Below are positions 1 through 8,232 of a stretch of 46,457 bases of DNA, one piece after another. The translations under genes were made by a program, and so were the position numbers. Each line of letters starts with the position of its first letter. Positions within the stretch are counted from its first letter, which is position 1. Source of the stretch: a virus (lineage: Duplodnaviria; Caudoviricetes); IMG/VR virus record IMGVR_UViG_3300048849_000168, positions 1 through 46,457 of that record. The stretch is one strand, 5' to 3'. A model generated the notes under the pieces. It ran no database searches. It worked only from the letters and a program-made list of their open reading frames with translations, and had not been told where the DNA came from.

Positions 1-525
1 ATGAGCGCGTGGGAAGCCACCGGCGCCACCGACGAGTGGTACACGCCGCCGCATGTGTTCGAAGCGCTGGGCGAGCGGTTCGATCTCGACGTTGCCGCGC
101 CTTGGCAGACGACACACGTCCCCGCCGACGCGACCTTCAACCAGGCTCACGACGGGCTGGCGCAGGAGTGGTTCGGCTTCGTCTGGATGAACCCGCCCTT
201 CGGTGGCCGAAACGCGATCGTGCCCTGGCTCGACAAGTTCTTCGCGCACGGCAACGGCATTGCCCTGACGCCGGATCGCACGTCGGCACCGTGGTTCTGG
301 GATGCATGGGGCAAGGCCGACGCCGTGCTATTCACGCGCAAGATCCGGTTCCTGCGACCGGACGGCACTGAGGGTGTCTCGCCATCGTGCGGGACGACGT
401 TCTGGGCAGCCGGTGATCGCGCCGCTGCCGCGCTCCATCGAGCTAGAGACGCGGGCCTCGGTATCCTCGGGACGCCCACCCCCTCGCTCGCCTCCGGCCC
501 CTGTGCATTTGGGGTGGCGGCGTGA
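1..525 (+). CDS. Phage DNA N6-adenine methyltransferase (Dam-like family)
   Basis: DEWYTP, FDLDVAA and VWMNPPF motifs typical of small phage adenine MTases. Confidence 0.85.
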   Translation: MSAWEATGATDEWYTPPHVFEALGERFDLDVAAPWQTTHVPADATFNQAHDGLAQEWFGFVWMNPPFGGRNAIVPWLDKFFAHGNGIALTPDRTSAPWFWDAWGKADAVLFTRKIRFLRPDGTEGVSPSCGTTFWAAGDRAAAALHRARDAGLGILGTPTPSLASGPCAFGVAA

Positions 526-1886
526 GCGGGCTCCCAGCACTCCAGCGCACCGTCTTCGATCTGATCGAGGAGTACGAGCGCAAGGCCGCCGACATCGAAG
601 CGGCCATCGCCGATTTTGATGCTGCCTACGACCGGCTCGGCATGTCGGCCACCGTCCAAGGCACGTTCGTGGACAGCATCGGCAGCAAGCCGCACCTGCA
701 TGCGACGTCGCTGCGAGCGAACCTCCTGCGGTCTGGGTGGAAGGCCATCTACAACCGCCTGCAGATCGACCGCATCGCCAGCGCCAAGGACAAGAAGCTG
801 TTCGAGCAGACGATCGCGGACCCTCCGCCACTGACGGTCGACAACGCCAAGGCGACGTTCGGCGACTATTTCATGCGCCCGCGCTACCACATTCTGCGCG
901 GCCTGGCTGAGACGTTCGCCGACCTGGATCCGGCGTACAAATCGCACAGCAAGGTGCGGGTCGGCGTGAAGGGCCTACCGAAGCGGATCATCCTGAGCAG
1001 CTGGGGCGAATACAGCTATGGGTGGGGCCGCGATCGGTTCCGCGACATCTGCAACGCGCTGGCGACCTACCAGGGGAAGCCGCATTTCGAGCATGGCGAG
1101 TTTTCCGCGATCAGCACGGCGCATGATCGTGGCGAAGACGCAGTGCTTGACGGTCGAGACTACCGCCGCACCGACCGATACGGAAAGGAAGAGGCTTTCC
1201 GAACCGTGGACCGCGGCATCACCGTGCGCCGCTTCGCCAACGGCAACGCCCATGTCTTCTTCGACAAGTGGACGCTAATCGACATCAACAAGGCGCTCGC
1301 AGAGTTCTACGGCGAGGTGCTGCCCGATGCCGAGGAGGAAGGCGTCAAGCCGAGCGCCAGCACGGCGGTTAGCAAGGACCTTCAATTCTACTGGACGCCG
1401 CCGGAGGTTGCCGAAGCCGCTTGCGAGTTTGCTGGCATCCACGGCCCGCGCGCTTACGGCTACGGGCACACCCCGCCAGCCCACCGGGTTCTTGAGCCGT
1501 CATGCGGCGATGGGCGGATCCTGGACGAGCTGCGCGCGCGGGGCTGCCGGCCGCTCGGCATCGAGTACCACCCGGGGCGCGCCACGGAGGCTAAGGCGAA
1601 GGGGCATGCGGTGCTGTGCGCAAACTTCCTGGAGCAGCCCGCAGAGCCCGTGTTTGATCATGTGGTGATGAACCCGCCGTTCTACGGGCGGCACTACGCC
1701 CAACATGTAAGGCATGCTTACAAGTTCCTGAAGCCGGGCGGCACGCTGGTGTCGATCCTCCCGGCGACTGCGCACTATGACCACGGCGAGCTTGAAGGCG
1801 AATGGCGCGACCTGCCTGTTGGCAGCTTCTCGGCGGCGGGGACCAATGTTCCGACCGGCCTGCTGCGCATGAGGAAGGCAGCATGA
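522..1886 (+). CDS. DUF4942-like domain fused to C-terminal class I SAM-dependent adenine methyltransferase
   Basis: RRFANGNAHVFF segment; QFYWTP, VLEPSCGDG (motif I), VVMNPPF (motif IV); GTGA overlap with the upstream gene. Confidence 0.8.
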   Translation: MSGLPALQRTVFDLIEEYERKAADIEAAIADFDAAYDRLGMSATVQGTFVDSIGSKPHLHATSLRANLLRSGWKAIYNRLQIDRIASAKDKKLFEQTIADPPPLTVDNAKATFGDYFMRPRYHILRGLAETFADLDPAYKSHSKVRVGVKGLPKRIILSSWGEYSYGWGRDRFRDICNALATYQGKPHFEHGEFSAISTAHDRGEDAVLDGRDYRRTDRYGKEEAFRTVDRGITVRRFANGNAHVFFDKWTLIDINKALAEFYGEVLPDAEEEGVKPSASTAVSKDLQFYWTPPEVAEAACEFAGIHGPRAYGYGHTPPAHRVLEPSCGDGRILDELRARGCRPLGIEYHPGRATEAKAKGHAVLCANFLEQPAEPVFDHVVMNPPFYGRHYAQHVRHAYKFLKPGGTLVSILPATAHYDHGELEGEWRDLPVGSFSAAGTNVPTGLLRMRKAA

Positions 1887-1932
1887 CCCCCGCCCCGAAG
1901 CCGCAGCGGGCGAAGGATGCGGGAGGGCAGGG

Positions 1933-2181
1933 GTGATGGGGATGACGGAACGCGAACGCCGAACACTGACGGACCCGCAGCGCCTGCTCTGGCGCGACGA
2001 CGTAGAGGGCATCTGCGACTCGCCAGACCTATGCTGGGAGTACGGCAAGACTGTCAGATGCGGCCCTTGCGCCATTGAACAGGCCAGGCGCGCCGGCGTC
2101 GAAAGCAACATGTCGGTGCCGAACCTGCCGGAAGTCTCTCGCCTGCGCCGAAAGCTAAAGGCGCTCGGACATGAAGAATGA
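1933..2181 (+). CDS. Hypothetical phage protein (Cys-containing)
   Basis: GGAGG upstream; co-oriented with the MTases; CxxxxC/CxxC pattern. Confidence 0.5.
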   Translation: MMGMTERERRTLTDPQRLLWRDDVEGICDSPDLCWEYGKTVRCGPCAIEQARRAGVESNMSVPNLPEVSRLRRKLKALGHEE

Positions 2182-2240
2182 CGTCGCCTAACCCCACCTT
2201 GCACCCCGCCGGCCGCGAGCGCAGTCTAGGCGGCAACATG

Positions 2241-2462
2241 TCAGATCGTGGGTACTGCGCTGAGGATCCGCAGACGCAATGCGCGCGCGCACCGTTCCGC
2301 ATCGTCGCGGAGCGCGTAGGTGCCATAAAGCAAAGTCTGCCCCAAGATACGGGCGACTGAGGGATCGGGCTTTCGCTGATTGCGGCGGATCACACTGTAC
2401 GTTCCAAGGTCATTTTCTTCCACCGAGAATAGGTCCGCGATATACTTAGCTTTCCGTTCCAT
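2241..2462 (-). CDS. Hypothetical protein
   Basis: 73-aa ORF in a lower-GC patch; GAGGA upstream on the minus strand. Confidence 0.4.
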   Translation of the reverse strand: MERKAKYIADLFSVEENDLGTYSVIRRNQRKPDPSVARILGQTLLYGTYALRDDAERCARALRLRILSAVPTI

Positions 2463-2609
2463 GATTCGTCATCCTCTATGTATGGAGGACGATTGTACTC
2501 CCCATCGCCGGAACGTTCCAAACGAGCGTCGCGGCGCGGTGAAACTCGGTCGAACTTTTCACCTCGCAAGCCGCTTTCTACCACGCTCCCACACCCCTAC
2601 ATCCCCCGC

Positions 2610-2783
2610 ATGCCCAAACCCCCGCCCGAACCGTACCAGTGCGACGGCACCGCCCACGAATGGGAAGCCGTGCCGCCGAAGGAAGGCGAGGAGCAAGCCG
2701 CGGTCGCGAAGTGCTGCGGGGTGCGCGCGGTGAAGAAGTGGGGCGAGTGGGTGCTGGAGAGCGAGCTGCCTGGGAAGGTGTAG
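2610..2783 (+). CDS. Small hypothetical protein, possible metal-binding (C...H...CC)
   Basis: MPKPPPEPYQCDGTAHEW...KCCG...; codon usage matches phage genes from the ATG at 2610. Confidence 0.5.
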   Translation: MPKPPPEPYQCDGTAHEWEAVPPKEGEEQAAVAKCCGVRAVKKWGEWVLESELPGKV

Positions 2784-2835
2784 GGGCGGCAAATCATCGG
2801 AGCTTGTTATCGAACCTTCGGAGTAGGTCCGATGG

Positions 2836-3009
2836 TTAGCGCCGCCTGAGCATGCCGACCACGAAACACCCGGCGGCGACCAATATGATTGCAGAAGCGA
2901 TTGCCGTCGCCGCACTGCCACTGATCGCTGCGATGATGTTGAGGCCGAACACGCCAGCGACGACTACAGCGAGCCCTGAGGCTTCAACGCGCTTTACGGG
3001 ATGCTGCAT
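2836..3009 (-). CDS. Small 57-aa two-TM membrane protein (not in ORF track)
   Basis: Manual translation MQHPVKRVEASGLAVVVAGVFGLNIIAAISGSAATAIASAIILVAAGCFVVGMLRRR; GGAGG RBS at 3015-3019; basic C-terminus. Confidence 0.7.
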   Translation of the reverse strand: MQHPVKRVEASGLAVVVAGVFGLNIIAAISGSAATAIASAIILVAAGCFVVGMLRRR

Positions 3010-3030
3010 GTAGGCCTCCGTTGTTCATGT

Positions 3031-3235
3031 TGACGCGGCGGGCTGGTCCCTGTCCCAGCTGTGGAGCGTTGACCCAGCTCCTCGGTCGGCAGGCTGTACC
3101 GGTCAGCGCCCGCCAGTGGTGTGCCGCACGAGGGAATTACGTGCGTCCGCCGCGTCATGTGCGTCACCAGCTCGAATGGTCGAAACCCATCTGCGACACC
3201 CACCGCGAGTGCATGGGATTAGCTGCCGGCCTTGC
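3031..3235 (-). ncRNA. Candidate structured RNA / 5' leader
   Basis: 11-bp perfect inverted repeat 3031-3041/3147-3157 enclosing four hairpins, plus two more hairpins at 3161-3217 that need G-U pairs on the minus strand; promoter-like TTGTCA-16-TAGGAA at 3269-3242. Confidence 0.5.
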
Positions 3236-3619
3236 CCCACATTCCTACCACGCCGCGCCTGCTTGACAAAGCGAAAAGGCTGGCACGAACACGAGTCGTG
3301 CGGTATGGTGTGCGGGCTGCGGCGGCGTGGATGGACACGCTAGATCGGACCCCTGTTCTCCTCATCTGCGCTTGGGACGCTGCGAAGGCGAGAGGAGAAG
3401 CCGGTATCAAGCCCGGCCCGCAGCTACCCCTATTTCCTACACGCCGCGCCCATGCTTCAGGCTCGTAGATGGGCTGCGGCAAACCAACACAATTCCCGAC
3501 ATGGACACGCACGCTGGGCGCGATGATCGATCGCAGCAGACGGGATCGGCCACTCCACGAGCCGCGAGCAGGCTGCAGCTGCGGCGAGGTTCTTGGACTA
3601 GTCCGTTGCGTGCTGGCGG

Positions 3620-4999
3620 CTAGAAGCTTTTCACGACGCCCACGCGTGGCGAGCCGCCGTCGCGACAGGCGCGCGTGTTGACCTGGCTGTTTGCGCCGAA
3701 GTTGACAAACGACCGCATGTTGCCGCGGCTCTCGACCTCCTGAAACCACGCCTTGCTATTGTCGCGGATGATGGCGCCAGCGCTATCGTATCCGCCGCTA
3801 ATGTCCGTGTCGCCGCGATCGTTCTGGAGCACTGATCCGAGGCTCCAGAGCTCGCTGTCGTTGATGTTGGTGATGATGCCGCCTCGCCCGCGCCGCCAGT
3901 TTCCGCCCAGGTCGATACCCTTGACCGCCTCATGCAAGGTGTACGGCTGCGAACTTACGTTGTTGGAGCCGGGGACCGCTGCGTCGCCAACGAAGTCCGA
4001 GACGCAATCGACGGTCAGCATGTGGTGCAGGCCACCATTTGCCTTGTGCCCGTTGAAGCCATCCGTTGCAGCGCGGCCGGCGGTGGTGCGGAAGAACGCG
4101 GACATCCCGTCCATGTTGTCGACGGAGATCGCCCGGCCCTGGATGTTCGACGGGAACGAGAAGCTGCAGTCCTGCACGGCTAGGTTGCCGGAGAAAGTGG
4201 CCCGTGCGTCGAGTGTGCCAACCAGCCCGCCCATCGCGCGGATGCCGGATAGGAACGTCGAGAACGGCGCGGTGCGGATTGCCACGTCGGCGAGCAGGAC
4301 GCACGTATTCGCGTCGGTGACGGGCTTGCCGTCCCGACGCTTGACGAGCACGTTGGCGCCGTTTTGGAACCACCCGGCCTCGGTCGCCGTGCTGTTCAGC
4401 GTAGTCGCGTCGGCGGCAACAGGGATCTCGGCGTAAAAGCCCGAGCTATCGCGCTCCAGCAGGTTGAGCACCTTGCCGACCGATGACCGGACTGCCGTGT
4501 AGCAACTGGTGAAGGTCGTGTCCGCCGCCCACGACAAGAGCGCGCGGGGGCCTGTTTCGACCTCGCCGCCATAGCCGATGACCGCGATCGGGCCGAGCGG
4601 ATCAACCTTCGTAGCGCCAGTGAAGTTGAAATCGTTGTTCCGGTCATAGAAGCCGACATCGCCTCTTACGAGAACGATCCCGCCAGTGGTTCCCGCCTGC
4701 GCCATAGCAGCCCAGATTGATCGCTTAGCAGTCGAGCGGGACGTGCCTGCGCCGTTGTTATCCGGCTTGCTGCGGTCGACGTAATAGACCGGCAAGTTCC
4801 AAAAGCCCGAGGGCATGAGGCTGGTTGGGTCAAAGTCCGTCGAGTAATCGCGCGGGCCGTTGCGGTACACATTGACCGGAAACCGCGCGAAGTCCCAACC
4901 GAAACCGGCGGGCGGAACTTGAAGGCCGCTTGTCAGACCCGGAGGGGCGAGGCCGGCAGAAGCCAATGCGTATTCATCTGCAAAGGTCGTGTCAGCCAT
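3620..4999 (-). CDS. Putative beta-helix (pectin lyase-like) virion protein / head fibre or depolymerase
   Basis: Start MADTTF at 4999, coupled by TGATG; YYVD...NNGAGTSRSTAKRSIWAA N-cap motif typical of beta-helix proteins; Gly/Asn/Asp-rich repeats. Confidence 0.6.
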   Translation of the reverse strand: MADTTFADEYALASAGLAPPGLTSGLQVPPAGFGWDFARFPVNVYRNGPRDYSTDFDPTSLMPSGFWNLPVYYVDRSKPDNNGAGTSRSTAKRSIWAAMAQAGTTGGIVLVRGDVGFYDRNNDFNFTGATKVDPLGPIAVIGYGGEVETGPRALLSWAADTTFTSCYTAVRSSVGKVLNLLERDSSGFYAEIPVAADATTLNSTATEAGWFQNGANVLVKRRDGKPVTDANTCVLLADVAIRTAPFSTFLSGIRAMGGLVGTLDARATFSGNLAVQDCSFSFPSNIQGRAISVDNMDGMSAFFRTTAGRAATDGFNGHKANGGLHHMLTVDCVSDFVGDAAVPGSNNVSSQPYTLHEAVKGIDLGGNWRRGRGGIITNINDSELWSLGSVLQNDRGDTDISGGYDSAGAIIRDNSKAWFQEVESRGNMRSFVNFGANSQVNTRACRDGGSPRVGVVKSF

Positions 5000-5142
5000 C
5001 AGGTGAAACTCCGAAGAACATAGCCGCCAGAGGCGTTGCGAACGTAGCCGCCGGTGGCGGTGCGGATCGCGGTAGTGGGGATGCCGGTGGGGGGACGTCG
5101 CCTCGCCTGAGACAAGAGCGACAGCGAGAGGCCGAGTGCCAT
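4999..5142 (-). CDS. 47-aa peptide with MALGLSLSL N-terminus (head-spike fibre anchor-like)
   Basis: Manual translation MALGLSLSLLSQARRRPPTGIPTTAIRTATGGYVRNASGGYVLRSFT; stop overlaps the next ATG (TGATG). Confidence 0.6.
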   Translation of the reverse strand: MALGLSLSLLSQARRRPPTGIPTTAIRTATGGYVRNASGGYVLRSFT

Positions 5143-5204
5143 CGCTCAGGCGTCCTTGCGGGCGGTTCGGGTAGTGTCGATGAACAACATGGCGGCACTC
5201 CTGT

Positions 5205-5531
5205 TCATGGGTTATTGGAAGCGGGGCAGTTGAAGCCGAGCGGCACACCCTGAGCCGCCAGCGAGCGGCAGATACGGCCGCCGGCCCGGGACAGCCGCTC
5301 GCCCCACAGTTCGACGTCCGCCGAATACCGAGCCGCGGCATGGTCGTCGGTCAGGATGGCAACCGGCGGCTTAGGCTTCGGCTCGATCAGCGCCTGAACG
5401 TCAGCCACAGGCGGCGCGATATTCAGGACCGGAGGTGGCACCGGCTTCCCGCAGGCGGATGCAACCCAAAGCCCGGGTAGCAGGACCAGGAGCCTTGCCC
5501 GGCTCGCGCGTGGCAGCTTTGTCGATCGCAT
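5205..5531 (-). CDS. Outer-membrane spanin (Rz1-like lipoprotein)
   Basis: Signal peptide with lipobox VASAC, Pro-rich mature part, overlaps the 3' end of the i-spanin. Confidence 0.75.
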   Translation of the reverse strand: MRSTKLPRASRARLLVLLPGLWVASACGKPVPPPVLNIAPPVADVQALIEPKPKPPVAILTDDHAAARYSADVELWGERLSRAGGRICRSLAAQGVPLGFNCPASNNP

Positions 5532-5874
5532 CGGTCATGTCCTTGCTGAGGTCGTCAATCGCGCGGTCGTCGGCGGCGCGCTCCATCGCGGCGGCGCGCT
5601 CGGCTTGCAGTTGCTGTTCGGCGCTCGCGCGCAGGTCACGCTCGGCTGCAAAGGATGCTTCGGCTTCATCGGCGCGGGCGCGTTCAGCCTGCCAACCGTG
5701 GAGCAGCAGGCCGATCGTCACCGCGACCACGATGCCCGCGGTGCCCAGCGCGCGCGTGGATGTCGGCAGCACCGGGAGCAGCCACAGGCCGGCTACCAGC
5801 AGGGCGCAGGCGGCGAGGGCGATCCACAGCCACCAGTCGACCGCGGCGAGCGGGCCGATGAGCCAGGCGATCAT
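5401..5874 (-). CDS. Inner-membrane spanin (Rz-like)
   Basis: N-terminal TM helices followed by an Ala/Glu/Arg coiled coil and C-terminal Cys; position after holin/endolysin. Confidence 0.75.
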   Translation of the reverse strand: MIAWLIGPLAAVDWWLWIALAACALLVAGLWLLPVLPTSTRALGTAGIVVAVTIGLLLHGWQAERARADEAEASFAAERDLRASAEQQLQAERAAAMERAADDRAIDDLSKDMTDAIDKAATREPGKAPGPATRALGCIRLREAGATSGPEYRAACG

Positions 5875-6170
5875 TCCGTGTGTCCTGCGGCGGCGTTGTC
5901 GCTACGCACGGTCTGCGCCTCGGTCGCCTTGGCAGTCGCGACGCTGCGGTCCTTGAGCGCGACGGCGCCGGCCGTGGCACCGACGACAATGCCGAGCCCG
6001 GCCGGGAAGGCGGTGCAGTATCCGACAAGGTCGAACTCGTGCCCCTTCGCCAAGCTCCACGCGACGAAGCTGTTGGCGCCGACGATGTAGGACATGCCGC
6101 CGATCGCGCCGACCACGCGGTTGAGTTCGTACTCACCACCGATGCCCTTCAGGGCGTTCAGGATCTTCAC
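5871..6170 (-). CDS. Putative holin
   Basis: 99 aa, two hydrophobic helices, immediately downstream of the endolysin. Confidence 0.65.
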   Translation of the reverse strand: MKILNALKGIGGEYELNRVVGAIGGMSYIVGANSFVAWSLAKGHEFDLVGYCTAFPAGLGIVVGATAGAVALKDRSVATAKATEAQTVRSDNAAAGHTE

Positions 6171-6751
6171 AGGATCAACTCCTTCGCCTTCGCCAGCAGC
6201 GCGCGACGCTCGGCAAGTCCGTTCGTGCCGCCGTTGATCCGCTTGGTGATCGCCACGACGTCATCCGCATCCGCCAGCGCGTTGAGCTTCTGCTGGTCCC
6301 AGTATTTGCAGGCGACCAGCAGCCCCACCGACGGAATGGCGACCATCGCCGGGTTGCTCTCGAAATCGAGCCCGAGCGCGCGGCCATAGGTGCGGTAGTT
6401 GGCGCGCCCGGTCAGCTGGATCGGCCCGCGCCCCTTGAACAGCTTGCCGTCGCCGGGCTGCGTGTTCCCGAGGTCTGTGCGGCCCTCGTAGGCCTGCCCG
6501 CTGGCGATCTCTTCCATGTACCGGAAGCCGCCACTCTCGTGCGCGAGCTGGGCCATGAAGTGCGCCAGGCGTAGGCCGGTGTCGGCGATGCCATAGGTGC
6601 GGAAGTGGACGTTCGCGGACAGCGCAAGCTCGACGGCTCGCGAGGGAGCAGCACCGAACCGGGCGAACAGCGCGCGGAACGTGTCTCGCCCGATGACGCC
6701 GTCTGCGGCGATGCCGAGACGCTGCTGCAGTTGCTTGGCGTTGATCGTCAT
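6167..6751 (-). CDS. Endolysin, glycoside hydrolase family 19 with N-terminal peptidoglycan-binding segment
   Basis: LQQRLGIAADGVIG, HFMAQLAHESGG, FKGRGPIQLTGRANY, ITKRINGGTNGL; start MTINAK at 6751. Confidence 0.92.
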   Translation of the reverse strand: MTINAKQLQQRLGIAADGVIGRDTFRALFARFGAAPSRAVELALSANVHFRTYGIADTGLRLAHFMAQLAHESGGFRYMEEIASGQAYEGRTDLGNTQPGDGKLFKGRGPIQLTGRANYRTYGRALGLDFESNPAMVAIPSVGLLVACKYWDQQKLNALADADDVVAITKRINGGTNGLAERRALLAKAKELIL

Positions 6752-7191
6752 GGCTTGCCTCCGGAAGTGGTTTCGATGGTCAGTCCGTTTGGCGTCTCCA
6801 CCCGAACAGGCGGCGCCGGCGTGATCCCGATCGACCGGCCGACCAGCCACAGGGCTGCGATCGCGCTGAAGATCAGCGGCCCCCACACGCGCAGGATGCC
6901 CAGCATCCCAAGGGCTCCGTCGCGACGGTCCTTGTCCTTCAGGAGCACGTCGACCCGGGCGTCTAGAACGCCGACGTGCGCCTCGATCTGCTCAAGCCGC
7001 TTGTCGCGTTCCTCCAGGCGGATCACCCGCTCCCGAACGTCGGCCGTCGCCTCGTTGTTGGACCGAATGTCCCTGCTCATCGCCGTCAGGCTGTCGCGGA
7101 TCTGGGCAAGCACCTGCAGCGTCATTCCTTCAGTGGATCCGGCGATGCGGGGGCTGAGGGCATCCTCCAAGCCTATGCCGCGGTCAGGCAT
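6748..7191 (-). CDS. Lysis-cassette membrane protein (coiled coil plus C-terminal TM; holin/antiholin-like)
   Basis: Coiled coil then a TM helix; first gene of the lysis cassette, overlaps the endolysin start. Confidence 0.55.
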   Translation of the reverse strand: MPDRGIGLEDALSPRIAGSTEGMTLQVLAQIRDSLTAMSRDIRSNNEATADVRERVIRLEERDKRLEQIEAHVGVLDARVDVLLKDKDRRDGALGMLGILRVWGPLIFSAIAALWLVGRSIGITPAPPVRVETPNGLTIETTSGGKP

Positions 7192-7251
7192 GGTGTGCCC
7201 TCGGATGGTGCATGCTCATTCTCCTGCTCGGGGTGCGCCGGGCTTCGTGTC

Positions 7252-7289
7252 AGCTTGCCGGGGAAGGGCGCGTGCGGTTACCGCCGTCG
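7252..7289 (-). promoter_or_regulatory. Late-promoter motif copy (lysis cassette)
   Basis: CGACGGCGGTAAC (7289-7277), 19 nt, CAAGCT. Confidence 0.6.
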
Positions 7290-7379
7290 CGTTGCGTGAA
7301 CTTCGGGCGACTATGTTTCAGAAGCTTGCCAACGGCAGGTCGGCTGTTGTTAAACCGCGTCGACAGGGGAGAATGCCGT

Positions 7380-8210
7380 ATGGAAGTAGATACGAAGAAG
7401 TTCTGGGAGGACGGATACCTGATCCTTCGCCAAGTATTACCTCAGGGCAAAGTAGCTCGCTGGCGTGAGGCCGGATTGCAACTGGGTAAGACCGACCTGC
7501 TCTCGGATGACGTTCTCGCCGAGGTGGTATGCGAGCCCGTCCTGATAGAAGTCGCTCGCCAGATCCTGGGCGGGCAACCGGTCTACTTCGGTGACTCCAC
7601 TGCGCAGCGCGGCACCTTTGCCGGGTGTGGCTTCCACAAGGACAACTCGGATCGCCTCGACGGCAACGCACCTGACTGGAAAGTTGATCGATACCCGATC
7701 ATCCGCTTCGGCATTTACACTGAGCCGCATGGCGGCAACCTTCCCTATGGACTTGATCTTCGCCGTGGGTCTCTGCGCCATCCTGACGTAACGACCGGCA
7801 AGATGGTCAGTGCCGATGTGCAGCCGGGCGATCTCGTCGTCTGGAACGGGCGCACGACCCACTCCGGCAACAGCATGATCTTCAAGCTGACCGGGAAGCG
7901 TCTCGAACCGAACCCCAGCAGCCTAATGGTCCGCCTGACCAACAAGTTCGGCTTGCCCTTCCTCTACAAGAAGCACCCGACCGAGCGGGTTGCGATCTTC
8001 ACCAGCTACGCACTGGCGAGCCCGTCACTCGATCGGCACATCGAATACCTGCGCCAACGTACCTACGCGATCGAGATGTGGGAGCGTTCCAACTGGAGCC
8101 CGGCCGCTCGGCAGATGGCTGCGGACGCAGGCCTTGAGTTGCTGGACACCACCCAGATGAAGCACGACGGCCGGCCGCTGTTTCAGTATTATCAGCCGCT
8201 TCCCTATTGA
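7380..8210 (+). CDS. Phytanoyl-CoA dioxygenase (PhyH)-like Fe(II)/2-oxoglutarate dioxygenase, moron
   Basis: FWEDGYLILRQV start, HKD (HxD) motif, VQPGDLVVWNGRTTHSG (distal His), ERVAIF (Arg); antisense to the late operon. Confidence 0.8.
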   Translation: MEVDTKKFWEDGYLILRQVLPQGKVARWREAGLQLGKTDLLSDDVLAEVVCEPVLIEVARQILGGQPVYFGDSTAQRGTFAGCGFHKDNSDRLDGNAPDWKVDRYPIIRFGIYTEPHGGNLPYGLDLRRGSLRHPDVTTGKMVSADVQPGDLVVWNGRTTHSGNSMIFKLTGKRLEPNPSSLMVRLTNKFGLPFLYKKHPTERVAIFTSYALASPSLDRHIEYLRQRTYAIEMWERSNWSPAARQMAADAGLELLDTTQMKHDGRPLFQYYQPLPY

Positions 8211-8232
8211 GCCCCTGGGCCCGGGGCTGAGA

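Noticed and set aside
2541-2555. Possible alphaproteobacterial LexA box GAAA-N7-GAAC
   Set aside because: Mismatch to GAAC-N7-GAAC, single copy, expected by chance
3165-3231. GGCCGGCA start resembling the HDV ribozyme; T-loop resembling a tRNA
   Set aside because: No complementary P1 strand or nested pseudoknot found; no cloverleaf, anticodon arm or CCA
3469-3681. ORF MGCGKPTQFPTWTRTLGAMI..., possibly a decayed small phage gene
   Set aside because: Only the N-terminus looks protein-like; it overlaps the convergent gene and cannot be supported without a search
5000-5341. Extended N-terminus of the 573-aa ORF
   Set aside because: Overlaps the o-spanin and the 47-aa ORF; the real start is more likely the coupled ATG at 4999
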